Positions 17,313-26,052 of a DNA stretch of 64,000 nucleotides are shown here, one piece after another. The translations under genes and the position numbers were made by a program. Under the pieces are notes generated by a model that made no database searches, was not told the DNA's origin, and saw nothing but the letters and a program-made list of their open reading frames with translations. Every line of letters starts with the position of its first letter. Position 1 is the stretch's first letter. The DNA is taken from contig CAVRVY010000003.1 in the NCBI GenBank assembly GCA_963724765.1, forward strand, positions 928,001 through 992,000. The letters run 5' to 3'. Source of the stretch: an uncultured delta proteobacterium (GTDB lineage: Bacteria; Desulfobacterota; Binatia; Binatales; Binataceae).

Positions 17313-19887
17313 ATGCCCAGTGTACGCACAGACCAGCCTGAAAAACCAGTAGCCCTGAAAGTCGCGCCCGAGCATATTCCGCTGGGACTCCAGATCGCGG
17401 ACTGCTGGGTGCCCTGGCGGTATGAGCTGGTGCAGAACGGCAGAGGCGAGTCGAAGTGGACCAAGCCGCCCCGGCAAGCGAGCGGCGAGTACGCCGACGC
17501 CACGGACCGCACGACCTGGACCTCCTTTGCCCTTGCCGTCGTGGCTTATCGTTCCGGCCGCTTCGATGGCATCGGCCGCGTGTTCTCCGCTGACCATCCG
17601 TACACCGCCATCGACCTTGACCATTGCCGCAATCCTGTCACCGGCGCCATCGAGCAGTGGGCCGTCGACTTGATCACACTACTGCGCAGCTATGCCGAGA
17701 CCTCGCCAAGCGGCACAGGTATTCGGATCGTGGTGCGCGCCAAGCTACCGCCGGGTTCGCGCAATCGCAAAGGCAACATCGAGATTTACGATGACCGGCG
17801 ATATTGCACGCTTACCGGGCATCTACTCGATGGCGCTGTGGCCACGGTCGAGCCAAGGCAGGCTGAGGTCGAGCAATTCCTTGTGAAGGTCTTCGGCGAC
17901 GCGGCCAAAAAGACTGTTCACAGTAATGGCAACGGCAATGGGCGCGGCGCTACAGCCGCCCCGAGCATCGATGATGCCGCACTGCTCGAGAAGGCGCGTG
18001 CGGCGCGCAATGGCGACCGCTTCGCGGCACTCTACGATCGTGGCGATTACAGTGGCTATTCGTCGCAGAGCGAGGCCGACCTTGCGCTGTGCGGAATGCT
18101 CGGATTCTGGTTCGCTGGAGATGCCGCAAGTATCGACCGCCTATTCAGACATTCAGCACTCATGCGCGACAAATGGAATCGCGCTGACTATCGCGAGGAT
18201 ACCCTAGCGAAGGCTGTCAGTGGCCGCACTGAGTATTACGATCCGCTGCACGGCGTCCGCAATGGCGCTTCGCCGGAGACACATGAAGCCGACGAACAGC
18301 CGACCGCCGAGGCACGGGAATCGTCGTCGGCTTCACTGGCCGGCAACGAGTTAACGGAAGAGCCCGACCCAGCGGGGCCTTATGGTGACATTGCGCTATC
18401 GCATCGCCTGGTTAGGCAACATGGCGCCGATCTGCGACACGCTCCCGACGGGTGGTATCGCTATGATGCTCGGCGTGGGCTTTGGGAACACGACCAGAAG
18501 CTGAAGGTGTTCAGCTTGGCTAAGTCGATGCTGGCCGCCGTCTCGCACGAAATCTACGCCGACGTAGTCAAGTACGGCAAGTTTCCCGACAAGGAAACGG
18601 CCGAGGCGGCCGCGCGTCGAGCGACCAATGGCGTCAGCAGCGCTAGAACCGTAGCCGCAATTGTCACGCTCGCGCAGTCGCATCCAGCAGTGGCTATTAC
18701 TGTTGACCAATTCGACCGTGATAACTGGCTACTAAATACGTCCGGCGGTGTGGTAGTCGATCTACGTGATGGTACTACGCGTCCGGCGCGAATGCGACGA
18801 TTATTTCACAAAGACTACAGTGGTCGCTCCGCGAGAGATGCCCACACCAGTGTTCGATACCTTCATGCGCGAGATCATGGGCGCGCATATCTCACCCGAG
18901 GCTTGCGCGTGCGCTGCCTGCCTCAAGAGTTCGGGAGAGCTCGACGCCGAGCGCCAAGCCGACCACGATGCCGAAGTTCAGGCGCTAGTTGACTACCTAC
19001 TCCGTGTGTATGGCTATTGCTGGACTGGCGATATCCGCGAGCATGCGTTGTTTTTCCAATTGGGCGAAGGCGGTAACGGCAAGGGCGTGCTCAATGACCT
19101 GATCGAACTCGATATAATGGGCCGGCCGCCAACCGGCTATGCGTGTACGATTCCGATTGAGGCCTTGCTGTTAGCCAGAGGAGAAAGACATCCGACCGAG
19201 CTAATGGACCTTTTCCGTACCCGTCTGGCACTGGCTCGCGAGTCCGACGAGGGCACAGTGTGGAACGAGGGCCGGGTTAAATCGCTGACCGGCGACGCAG
19301 TAGTCAAGGCTCGCCGGATGCGCGAGAATTTTATCGAATTTTCGCGCACTCATAAGTTGATACCCTTCGGTAACGCACGCCCCCTCCTACGCGGCGCCGA
19401 TCAGGCGGCATGGAAGCGCCGCCTGCAACTGACTAATTTTCCACAGAGATGGGACGATGAGGCCGACACGGGGAGGGGTATCCGAAAGGCGGACAAGAAA
19501 CTCGACATAAAGCTTCGCGCGGAAGCTCCCGGAGTCCTGCACGCACTCATCAAGGCTTGCCACGAGTATCAGGACATTGGCCTGGCGCCGCCGCAGACGG
19601 TCAAAGCCGCGTCCGAAGGTTATCTCAAGGAACAGAACACCGTCGCCCGTTGGGCCGATGACCGTCTTGATCGAGAGCCGAGTGCAAGCTCGACCGTCGC
19701 CGAGCTGTGGCGCGACTTCATCACGTGGGCCGAAGCCGACAAGGAGTACACAGGCCACCGCCGCGACTTTAATCGCCGACTGGAACGCCTCGATATCAAG
19801 ATAACGCGGACCGGTTCGCAGCGCGGTGTCTGCCCAGGGGTCGCCCTGAAAGTGAGACCCGGCGCACAAAACGAGGCGCCGCTATGA
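17313..19887 (+). pseudogene. Primase-polymerase fused to D5/P4-alpha-type SF3 helicase, 1-nt frameshift near 18790
   Basis: IDLDHC, YAETSPSGTGIR, IEIY..RYCTLTG, SQSEADLALC, LFRHSALMRDKW (PrimPol/helical bundle); D5_N LLNT.GG.VDL; Walker A GEGGNGKG, KSLTGD..KAR. Confidence 0.88.
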
Positions 19888-20276
19888 ACGATACCTACAC
19901 GATGTTCGTCTGTGTGCGGCGTGAAACGGCAAAGGCGCTGCTGGTCGAACGGCTGGACAGCGGCGGGTTTGAGGAACATTGGGTGCCGCGATCACAGATT
20001 CGCAACTCTGAGGTTTGCTCCCGCGGAGATAGCGGTCATATCGAGGTCACGCGCTGGTGGGCAGAGAAGGCCGGGATACTCGACGACGAGGGTGGCAGCG
20101 AGCGTAGCACAGCGCCGCCAACGGTCGAGCTGACCCATGCGACACGCATCTATCGCCAGCTCGCACAGCGGCACCATCCGGATCGCATAGGCGGAGATGG
20201 CACGACGATGAAGGCGATCAACGTGCTGTGGGATGCGGTCAAGTCCGACATCGAGAAGGCGGCAAGCAGCCGATGA
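19884..20276 (+). CDS. Phage-type protein with C-terminal J-domain-like region
   Basis: RETAKALL..WVPRSQI N-terminal domain; IYRQLAQRHHPDRIGGD..MKAIN. Confidence 0.7.
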   Translation: MNDTYTMFVCVRRETAKALLVERLDSGGFEEHWVPRSQIRNSEVCSRGDSGHIEVTRWWAEKAGILDDEGGSERSTAPPTVELTHATRIYRQLAQRHHPDRIGGDGTTMKAINVLWDAVKSDIEKAASSR

Positions 20277-20581
20277 TTTCCTTTGACATCGCTGCTATCC
20301 CGCGCGAGCAGATTCCGGCGTTGATTACCGCCTTGGCCGCGCGACTGCCAGAGCCCGTGCCTACCGCGGCGCCGTCCGCTGGTGACAAGTTGCTCACGGT
20401 AGAAGAGGCGGCCGCAAAGCTGGGCGTGACAAATGAATGGCTCTATCGTCGCGGCAAGCGATTAGGTCTCGCAGTCAAGTTGGGCGATGGCACCCTTCAG
20501 TTTTCCAGCAGCGCGCTCGACGCCTACATCAAAAACCAGACCATCCCGGCAGCGCCCGTTCGGCGCCGACGGGCGGCTTGA
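20273..20581 (+). CDS. Excisionase-like HTH (HTH_17/AlpA-like)
   Basis: LLTVEEAAAKLGVTNEWLYRR...VKLG..LQF..ALDAYI; ATGA overlap. Confidence 0.8.
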   Translation: MISFDIAAIPREQIPALITALAARLPEPVPTAAPSAGDKLLTVEEAAAKLGVTNEWLYRRGKRLGLAVKLGDGTLQFSSSALDAYIKNQTIPAAPVRRRRAA

Positions 20582-20608
20582 CACAGCTGATATGTTGATA
20601 TCATGATA
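20578..20608 (+). promoter_or_regulatory. Promoter with TGATA(T) repeats, candidate RHH operator
   Basis: TTGACA at 20578, then TGATAT-GT-TGATATCATGATA. Confidence 0.55.
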
Positions 20609-20646
20609 GCGGCATGGGAACAAAGAAACGCAAGGAGGCAACACTC

Positions 20647-20781
20647 ATGCTGAGGCCAACACTCGTTAGGCTGCCCCCGGATCTGTTGAGACGGGCCAAG
20701 AAGATCGCGATCGACCGCGACACTAGCCTTCAGGCGCTAGTCACCGAAGCGCTCGAAGCCTACCTGAAGGTGCGCTCATGA
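20647..20781 (+). CDS. Ribbon-helix-helix (CopG/Arc-like) regulator, 44 aa, not in ORF track
   Basis: MLRPTLVRLPPDLLRRAKKIAIDRDTSLQALVTEALEAYLKVRS; RBS AAGGAGG. Confidence 0.8.
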   Translation: MLRPTLVRLPPDLLRRAKKIAIDRDTSLQALVTEALEAYLKVRS

Positions 20782-20919
20782 GCCGCGAAATGCGCGGCAG
20801 GGAACGGTCTACAGCGCGGGCAAATCTGATGGATGGAGCGCGTCTCGGAGTACGTAGCAGCTTGCGCAGCCGAGCCCGTCAGGAGCAACGTCATTCCGCT
20901 AGTCAGGAAGGCCGGATGA
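20778..20919 (+). pseudogene. Tyrosine integrase remnant (fused N- and C-terminal stubs)
   Basis: With two 1-nt shifts it reads MSREMRG.GTVY.RGQI*WM, then ERVSEYV...SNVIPLVRKAG*; lies between RHH and attR. Confidence 0.6.
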
Positions 20920-20949
20920 TGTATCAGGATTGTGCCAGTCCTGTGCTAG
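20920..20949 (+). promoter_or_regulatory. Putative integrase arm-type sites (right)
   Basis: TGTATCAG, TGTGCCAG, TGTGCTAG at 11-bp spacing. Confidence 0.65.
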
Positions 20950-21054
20950 AACTCACGCGCACGCACGGCATACCAGACCAGACGCCGGGTGGAAAAATCC
21001 ACGGAATACTTGGCGTCGTTGCACGTCAATGGCCGTGCGTGATGGGCGTAATCC

Positions 21055-21103
21055 GCCTCACATGCAAGAGGTCCCAGGTTCAAGTGCTGGTGCGTCCACC
21101 AAA
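21055..21103 (+). repeat. attR (displaced tRNA-Val 3' fragment)
   Basis: GCCTCACATGCAAGAGGTCCCAGGTTCAAGTGCTGGTGCGTCCACCAAA. Confidence 0.92.
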
Positions 21104-21170
21104 TCAACCCCAAGCGTCTCGTGCAATCGAGTCGGAGCAATCCTGCGACTGCGGCCGTGCCGCGGTGTGT

Positions 21171-21758
21171 TTATTGCGGATGTTTCGACTTGTCGTGCAA
21201 ACCCCGGGCTGTGTTGATCTCGTCGGCGTTGGCCATGTCGAGTCCGAGCGCCTGGATCGAAAGCTCGAAACGCTCCTGCATCGTGGCATCGTCCCGGGTG
21301 AAGTTGCGCACGAGGCAGCAGTACTCGAGCGACATCCCGTTGGGATCCTTGAAGTAGATCGACTTCGCCCATCCGTGGTCGACCACGTCGGTCACCTGCA
21401 CGCCCTTGTCGATCAGTTCCCGGCGCTTGTCTTCAAGTCCCGCGATGGACCCGGCCTCGAAGGCGAAATGGTAAAAAGCCGCCGGCGTGCCGAGCCCGCG
21501 ATTGATGCCCGCGTCGTACTCGACCGGAACTCCAGGAATCCCGCGCGGCTCCATGAAGGCCAGCAACTGATCGCGGCCGGTGTCAAAGAAAATGTGTCGG
21601 ATGGCGCCGCCTTCCTTGATCTTGATCGTATCGGCGACCACTACCTTGAAGCCCAGCACCTTCTCGTAAAACTCCCGCGTCTTGTCGAGGTCGAGGGTGG
21701 AGAGCCCGACGTGGGAAAATCCCTTGTTGGTCATCGCGTTGGACATCGTATTAGCCAT
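21171..21758 (-). CDS. VOC/glyoxalase family protein
   Basis: FSHVGL..DLDKTREFYEKVLGF, HFAF, SIYFKDPNGMSLE. Confidence 0.88.
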   Translation of the reverse strand: MANTMSNAMTNKGFSHVGLSTLDLDKTREFYEKVLGFKVVVADTIKIKEGGAIRHIFFDTGRDQLLAFMEPRGIPGVPVEYDAGINRGLGTPAAFYHFAFEAGSIAGLEDKRRELIDKGVQVTDVVDHGWAKSIYFKDPNGMSLEYCCLVRNFTRDDATMQERFELSIQALGLDMANADEINTARGLHDKSKHPQ

Positions 21759-21893
21759 GGGCCGTGTCCTCCTCGTTTACGGGCGGGGCGAGCTGTTAGG
21801 CGAAGTCAGCGTCGACTGCCAGCCGACACTTAATCTTTAACACCCCCGCCGCCAGCCAACAAGCGCCACGCCGGCCCGGCCTGACGAATCGGT

Positions 21894-23345
21894 TCAGCGC
21901 GCCGAGGAAAGCGGCGCGGCGATTTTTTCCAGGCTGGTCCGCTCCGCGGCGATTCCGAGCGTGGCCTCGGCCATCCCTGCCGCGAGCATCAGGACGGCGG
22001 CGACGAGGTAGCCCCAGAATAACTCCGTGCGCGACTGCGAATCGATCAGCCGGCCGAAAAACCATGGCGCGACCACGCCGCCGACGGCGGTGCCGGCGGA
22101 ATAAAAGACCGCGATCGCCAGCGCGCGCATCTCGAGCGGAAAAATTTCGCTGACGGTCAGGTAGGCCGAACTCGCCGCGGGCGAGGCGAAGAAGAACATC
22201 ACCGACCACAGGATCGCCTGGGTGGTTGCAGTCAAGACGCCGCGCATAAACAGCCATCCGTTCAGAATCAACAGCAGGCCTGCGATAGTGAAGGTCGCGG
22301 TAATCATCTGGCGGCGGCCAAGCGTGTCGAAAAAATGGCCCAGCGCCACCGGGCCGAGAAAATTCCCCAGCGCGAACGGAAGCAGGTAAAGGCCAGTGGT
22401 ATGAACGGACACCCCATAGTAGCGGGTAAGCACGAGCGCGTAGGTGAACAGGATCGCGTTGTACACGAAGGCCTGCGCGATCATCAGCGAAAACCCGAGC
22501 GCCGAGCGCGCGCGGTACTGCGTGACCATCGGTTTCAGGACCGCCTTCAGGCCATAGTGATGCCGCACGTGCAACCGCAGCGCGTCCTCGCGCGGCGGAT
22601 CCTCCAGCCGCACCCCGGTCTCGCGCGCCACCGTCTGCTCCAAAGCGGCCAGGGTTTTTTCAGCCGCTTCGCGCTGCCCATGCGTGACCAGCCATCGCGG
22701 GCTCTCCGGGATGAACCGGCGCAGGTAGAGGATGACTAGCCCAATAACCGCGCCGGCGCCGAAGCCGAGCCGCCATCCGAGGTTGACCGGCAGGATCCTC
22801 GGATTGAGCAGGATTACCGTCGACGCCGCGCCGGCGGCGGCGCCCAGCCAGAAGCTGCCATTGATCATCAGGTCGACGCGGCCGCGAAATCGAGCCGGGA
22901 TCAGTTCATCGATGGCGGAGTTGACCGCCGAGTACTCGCCGCCGATACCAGCGCCGGTGATGAATCTGAACAGCGCGAAGCTCCAGAGGTTCCAGGAAAA
23001 CGCGGTGAGCCCCACGCCGAGCAAGTAGATGCCCAGGCTGATGAAGAAGAACTTGCGGCGGCCGTAGCGATCGGTCAGATGGCCGAAGACCAGCGAGCCG
23101 AGCACCGCGCCGACCAGGTAGGCCGAGCCTATCGCGCCGACCTGCGCGGCGCTGAAATGCAGCACGTCCGGCCGCTGCAGGACGGCGCTGATCGCGCCCA
23201 TCAGCGTCACCTCGAGGCCGTCGAGCACCCAGGTGATGCCAAGCCCGATCACCAGCAGCCAGTGAAATTCGCTCCACGGCAGACGGTCGAGCCGCGCCGG
23301 GATCAGCGTCTCGAAGGTCTCCTGAATGTCGGTCGGCGTTGTCAG
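21894..23345 (-). CDS. MFS transporter (sugar/aromatic acid family)
   Basis: IPARLDRLPW, GHLTDRYGRRK, GIGGEY, PESPRWL, SEIFP; the frame extends upstream of 23252 to a CTG overlapping the kinase stop. Confidence 0.9.
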   Translation of the reverse strand: MTTPTDIQETFETLIPARLDRLPWSEFHWLLVIGLGITWVLDGLEVTLMGAISAVLQRPDVLHFSAAQVGAIGSAYLVGAVLGSLVFGHLTDRYGRRKFFFISLGIYLLGVGLTAFSWNLWSFALFRFITGAGIGGEYSAVNSAIDELIPARFRGRVDLMINGSFWLGAAAGAASTVILLNPRILPVNLGWRLGFGAGAVIGLVILYLRRFIPESPRWLVTHGQREAAEKTLAALEQTVARETGVRLEDPPREDALRLHVRHHYGLKAVLKPMVTQYRARSALGFSLMIAQAFVYNAILFTYALVLTRYYGVSVHTTGLYLLPFALGNFLGPVALGHFFDTLGRRQMITATFTIAGLLLILNGWLFMRGVLTATTQAILWSVMFFFASPAASSAYLTVSEIFPLEMRALAIAVFYSAGTAVGGVVAPWFFGRLIDSQSRTELFWGYLVAAVLMLAAGMAEATLGIAAERTSLEKIAAPLSSAR

Positions 23346-25021
23346 GCGTCGTCGTGAGCGGCGTCGCGCGCGAAGCGAATGGTGAAGGTCGAGCCCTTAC
23401 TCTTTTCGCTCGTGACCGCGATCTCCGCGCCGTTGAGTTCGAGATATTTCCTGACCAGCGAGAGTCCCAGGCCGACGCCCTCGAACCCGCGCGTGAGACT
23501 AGGGTTCTCCTGTGAGAAGGCCTCGAAGATATGCGGCAGGTAATTAGTGTCGATTCCGACGCCGGTGTCGCGCACCTCAAGGCACAACGCCGCGCGTGCA
23601 TCGCGGCTAAGGCGCACCGTGACTTTTCCCCGCTCGGTGAACTTGATCGCATTCTGCAGCAGGTTGGTCAGCGCGTTTGAGAGACAGCCCTCGTCGAAGC
23701 TCACGACCGCCTGTGGCTCGTCGATCTGGGCGCTGAGCGCGAGGCCCTTTTTGGCCGCCAGGATCCTGAACTCTCCCAACAACCGTCCTACGAATTCAGC
23801 GAGCTTGATTGGCTTCCGATCGAGCCGATACGCACCCGATTCGATCTTGGAGAATTCTAGGATCGAAGCAACGGTGTCGAGCAGACGTTTGCTGGCGCGG
23901 CGCACCGGTTCGGCGTAGTCGCTCGCGCGCGAGTCGCCCAGCTCCGCCAGGCGCTCGGTCATCAGGTCAGCGTAGCCCAGGATGATGTTGAGCGGGGTAT
24001 GGATTTCGTGGGTCACGTTGGCCACGAAGGCCGACTTCAGCCGTGAAGCCTCCAGCGCCGCGTCACGCGCCTGGGTCAGTTCCTGCTCGCGCCGCTTGTC
24101 TGCGGTGGTATCGCGGGAAATTATCGAGAAGCCAAGCAGCTGGCCAGTCGCATCGCGCGGCGCAGTAATCACAACGTGAGCGAAGAAACGTGTACCGTCC
24201 TTGCGCAGACGCCATCCCTCGCTCTCGACGCGGCCGTGGACACGCGCGCTTTCGATTAGCTCCTCGGGTCTCCCTGCGGCCCGTTCCTCGGGCGGAAAGA
24301 AACACGAGACATGCCGTCCCACGATCTCGCCGGCGACGTAGCCCATCAGTTGCTCGCCGCCGCGGTTCCAGCTCGCCACGCGTCCGTTCGTGTCCGCCAT
24401 CCAGATGGCATAGTCCCTGGCTTCCTCGACCAGGAGCCGGAAGCGCTCTTCGCTTTCACGCAGCTTCTCGGCGGTCCGCTGTGCGTCGTCGTACAAATGG
24501 CGCAGATGGCCCTCGCGCAGCCGGGCGTAAATCAGCCCCGTCGATTCGATCGCCTGGCTCCACAGCCGGTTAAACGGCAGCACCGCCGCGACTTGTCCTT
24601 CGTCGCCTCCCAATACGCGCCCGATCTCCTGCCCGAGCAGGCCACGCACCGTGCGCGCCGAAGAGAACAGCGCTTCGATGGTCGCGCGCTGACGCTCCGG
24701 CTCGTCGAGCTGACCGCGGATCACACTCTCGATGAAAGTCTCGTAGCGCGCGAGCGCGCCCTCGGGGTTGCATTCGGACAATTGCTCGAAAAAGTTGCCC
24801 AGGAATGGAACGGTCATCCCGCGCAACGTCTGACGCATCCCCGGAAGCTTGTCGGCCGGCGCGGCGAGCTCTATCGCTTCGGCCCAACGCTCGGCTATCC
24901 GCTCGAGGTTCGGAAGCAGGCGGCGCGCGACTTCCGCCATCAGATCGCGTTCGCGGTTGCTGAAGGATGGATGCTCTAGGTCGTCCAAAGGATCAGGACC
25001 GCGCAAGTGATTGTCTATCAA
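23342..25021 (-). CDS. PAS-domain sensor histidine kinase
   Basis: PAS (SWNRG..GY, RLRKDGTRF), H-box VTHEIHTPLN, NLLQNAIKFT, DTGVG, GLGLS. Confidence 0.92.
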   Translation of the reverse strand: MIDNHLRGPDPLDDLEHPSFSNRERDLMAEVARRLLPNLERIAERWAEAIELAAPADKLPGMRQTLRGMTVPFLGNFFEQLSECNPEGALARYETFIESVIRGQLDEPERQRATIEALFSSARTVRGLLGQEIGRVLGGDEGQVAAVLPFNRLWSQAIESTGLIYARLREGHLRHLYDDAQRTAEKLRESEERFRLLVEEARDYAIWMADTNGRVASWNRGGEQLMGYVAGEIVGRHVSCFFPPEERAAGRPEELIESARVHGRVESEGWRLRKDGTRFFAHVVITAPRDATGQLLGFSIISRDTTADKRREQELTQARDAALEASRLKSAFVANVTHEIHTPLNIILGYADLMTERLAELGDSRASDYAEPVRRASKRLLDTVASILEFSKIESGAYRLDRKPIKLAEFVGRLLGEFRILAAKKGLALSAQIDEPQAVVSFDEGCLSNALTNLLQNAIKFTERGKVTVRLSRDARAALCLEVRDTGVGIDTNYLPHIFEAFSQENPSLTRGFEGVGLGLSLVRKYLELNGAEIAVTSEKSKGSTFTIRFARDAAHDDA

Positions 25022-25075
25022 TTAGGACTTCTGGGCAGGTTAGGAGTTCTGGGCAGGTTAGGACTTCTGGGCAGG
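25022..25075. repeat. 18-bp tandem repeat x3
   Basis: TTAGGA(C/G)TTCTGGGCAGG three times, abutting the kinase start. Confidence 0.9.
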
Positions 25076-25283
25076 GCGATCAACGTGAGTAATATTAAAC
25101 TAATAAAAATAACCTGAAAATAGTCTCCCTAAGCAATTTAGACGGGTTATTGACGACATTTGGCTATCCGAGCCTGCGTCCCACGGATTGAGCCTGGGTG
25201 TTCGAGATTGACGGCTGCCGCTTATATTTGCGATTGAGCTTCGTAATCCTGAAGGCGGGTTGAGTTCAGCAAGAGGTGAATCC

Positions 25284-26003
25284 ATGCCGGTTTTCGAGCG
25301 CGCAGGCATTTCGCTGTATTACGAGGAATACGGGTCGGGCTATCCGCTGCTGTTGTTCGCGCCAGGCGGGATGCGTTCCAGCATCGATTTCTGGCGGCGC
25401 AGTCCTTTCGATCCGACCGTCGAGCTGGCGCAGGATTTCCGCGTAATCGCGATGGACCAGCGCAACGCCGGCCACTCGCGCGCGCCGATTAGCGCGGCCG
25501 ACGGATGGGAGACTTACGCCGCCGACCATCTCGCCCTGCTCGACCATCTCGGTGCCCGTCGCGCGCACCTGTTGGGCGGTTGCATCGGGTCGTCGTACTG
25601 CCTGGGGTTGATCAAACTCGCGCCCGAGCGGGTGAGCGCCGCGGTACTGCAAAACCCGATCGGGCTCAGCCCCGAAAACCGCGTGGCCTTCAACGAGATG
25701 TTCGACGGTTGGGCGAGCGAACTCAGGAAGACCCGTCCCGAGTTGAGCGACGCGGCGCTCGAAGCGTTTCGCGCGCGGATGTACGACGGCGATTTCGTCT
25801 TCTCGGTGTCGCGGGAGTTCGTACGCGCGTGCGGCACGCCGATGCTGGTGCTGGCGGGCGACGATCTCTATCATCCGGCGCCGGTAGCGGAAGAGATCGC
25901 GCGCCTTGCGCCCAACGCCGAGCTGATCATGAAATGGAAGACGCCGGACACGACGCCCGCGGCGGTCGCGCGCGTGCGCGCTTTCCTGAGGGCGCATCAG
26001 TAG
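25284..26003 (+). CDS. Alpha/beta hydrolase (Cys at the nucleophile elbow)
   Basis: MDQRNAGHS, GGCIG, DLYH. Confidence 0.88.
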   Translation: MPVFERAGISLYYEEYGSGYPLLLFAPGGMRSSIDFWRRSPFDPTVELAQDFRVIAMDQRNAGHSRAPISAADGWETYAADHLALLDHLGARRAHLLGGCIGSSYCLGLIKLAPERVSAAVLQNPIGLSPENRVAFNEMFDGWASELRKTRPELSDAALEAFRARMYDGDFVFSVSREFVRACGTPMLVLAGDDLYHPAPVAEEIARLAPNAELIMKWKTPDTTPAAVARVRAFLRAHQ

Positions 26004-26052
26004 CGCCCCAGTAGCGTCGCGTGCCGCGGCGAAGTCGCCGCCGAGCGCCCGC

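Larger units (their letters stand above)
8176..21103. mobile_element. tRNA-Val-integrated phage-satellite-like island (degenerate)
   Basis: 49-bp direct repeat of the tRNA 3' half at both ends, primase-helicase, xis-like HTHs, integrase remnant, many frameshifted genes. Confidence 0.9.

Noticed and set aside
21055-21101. Second tRNA gene
   Set aside because: Lacks the 5' acceptor strand and D-arm; it is the att duplication
20778-21833. 351-aa ORF next to attR as an intact integrase
   Set aside because: It runs through attR and antisense to the VOC gene and has no R-H-R-Y catalytic pattern; only its first codons belong to the int stub
25022-25075. CRISPR array
   Set aside because: Repeats are contiguous with no spacers, and no cas genes are present
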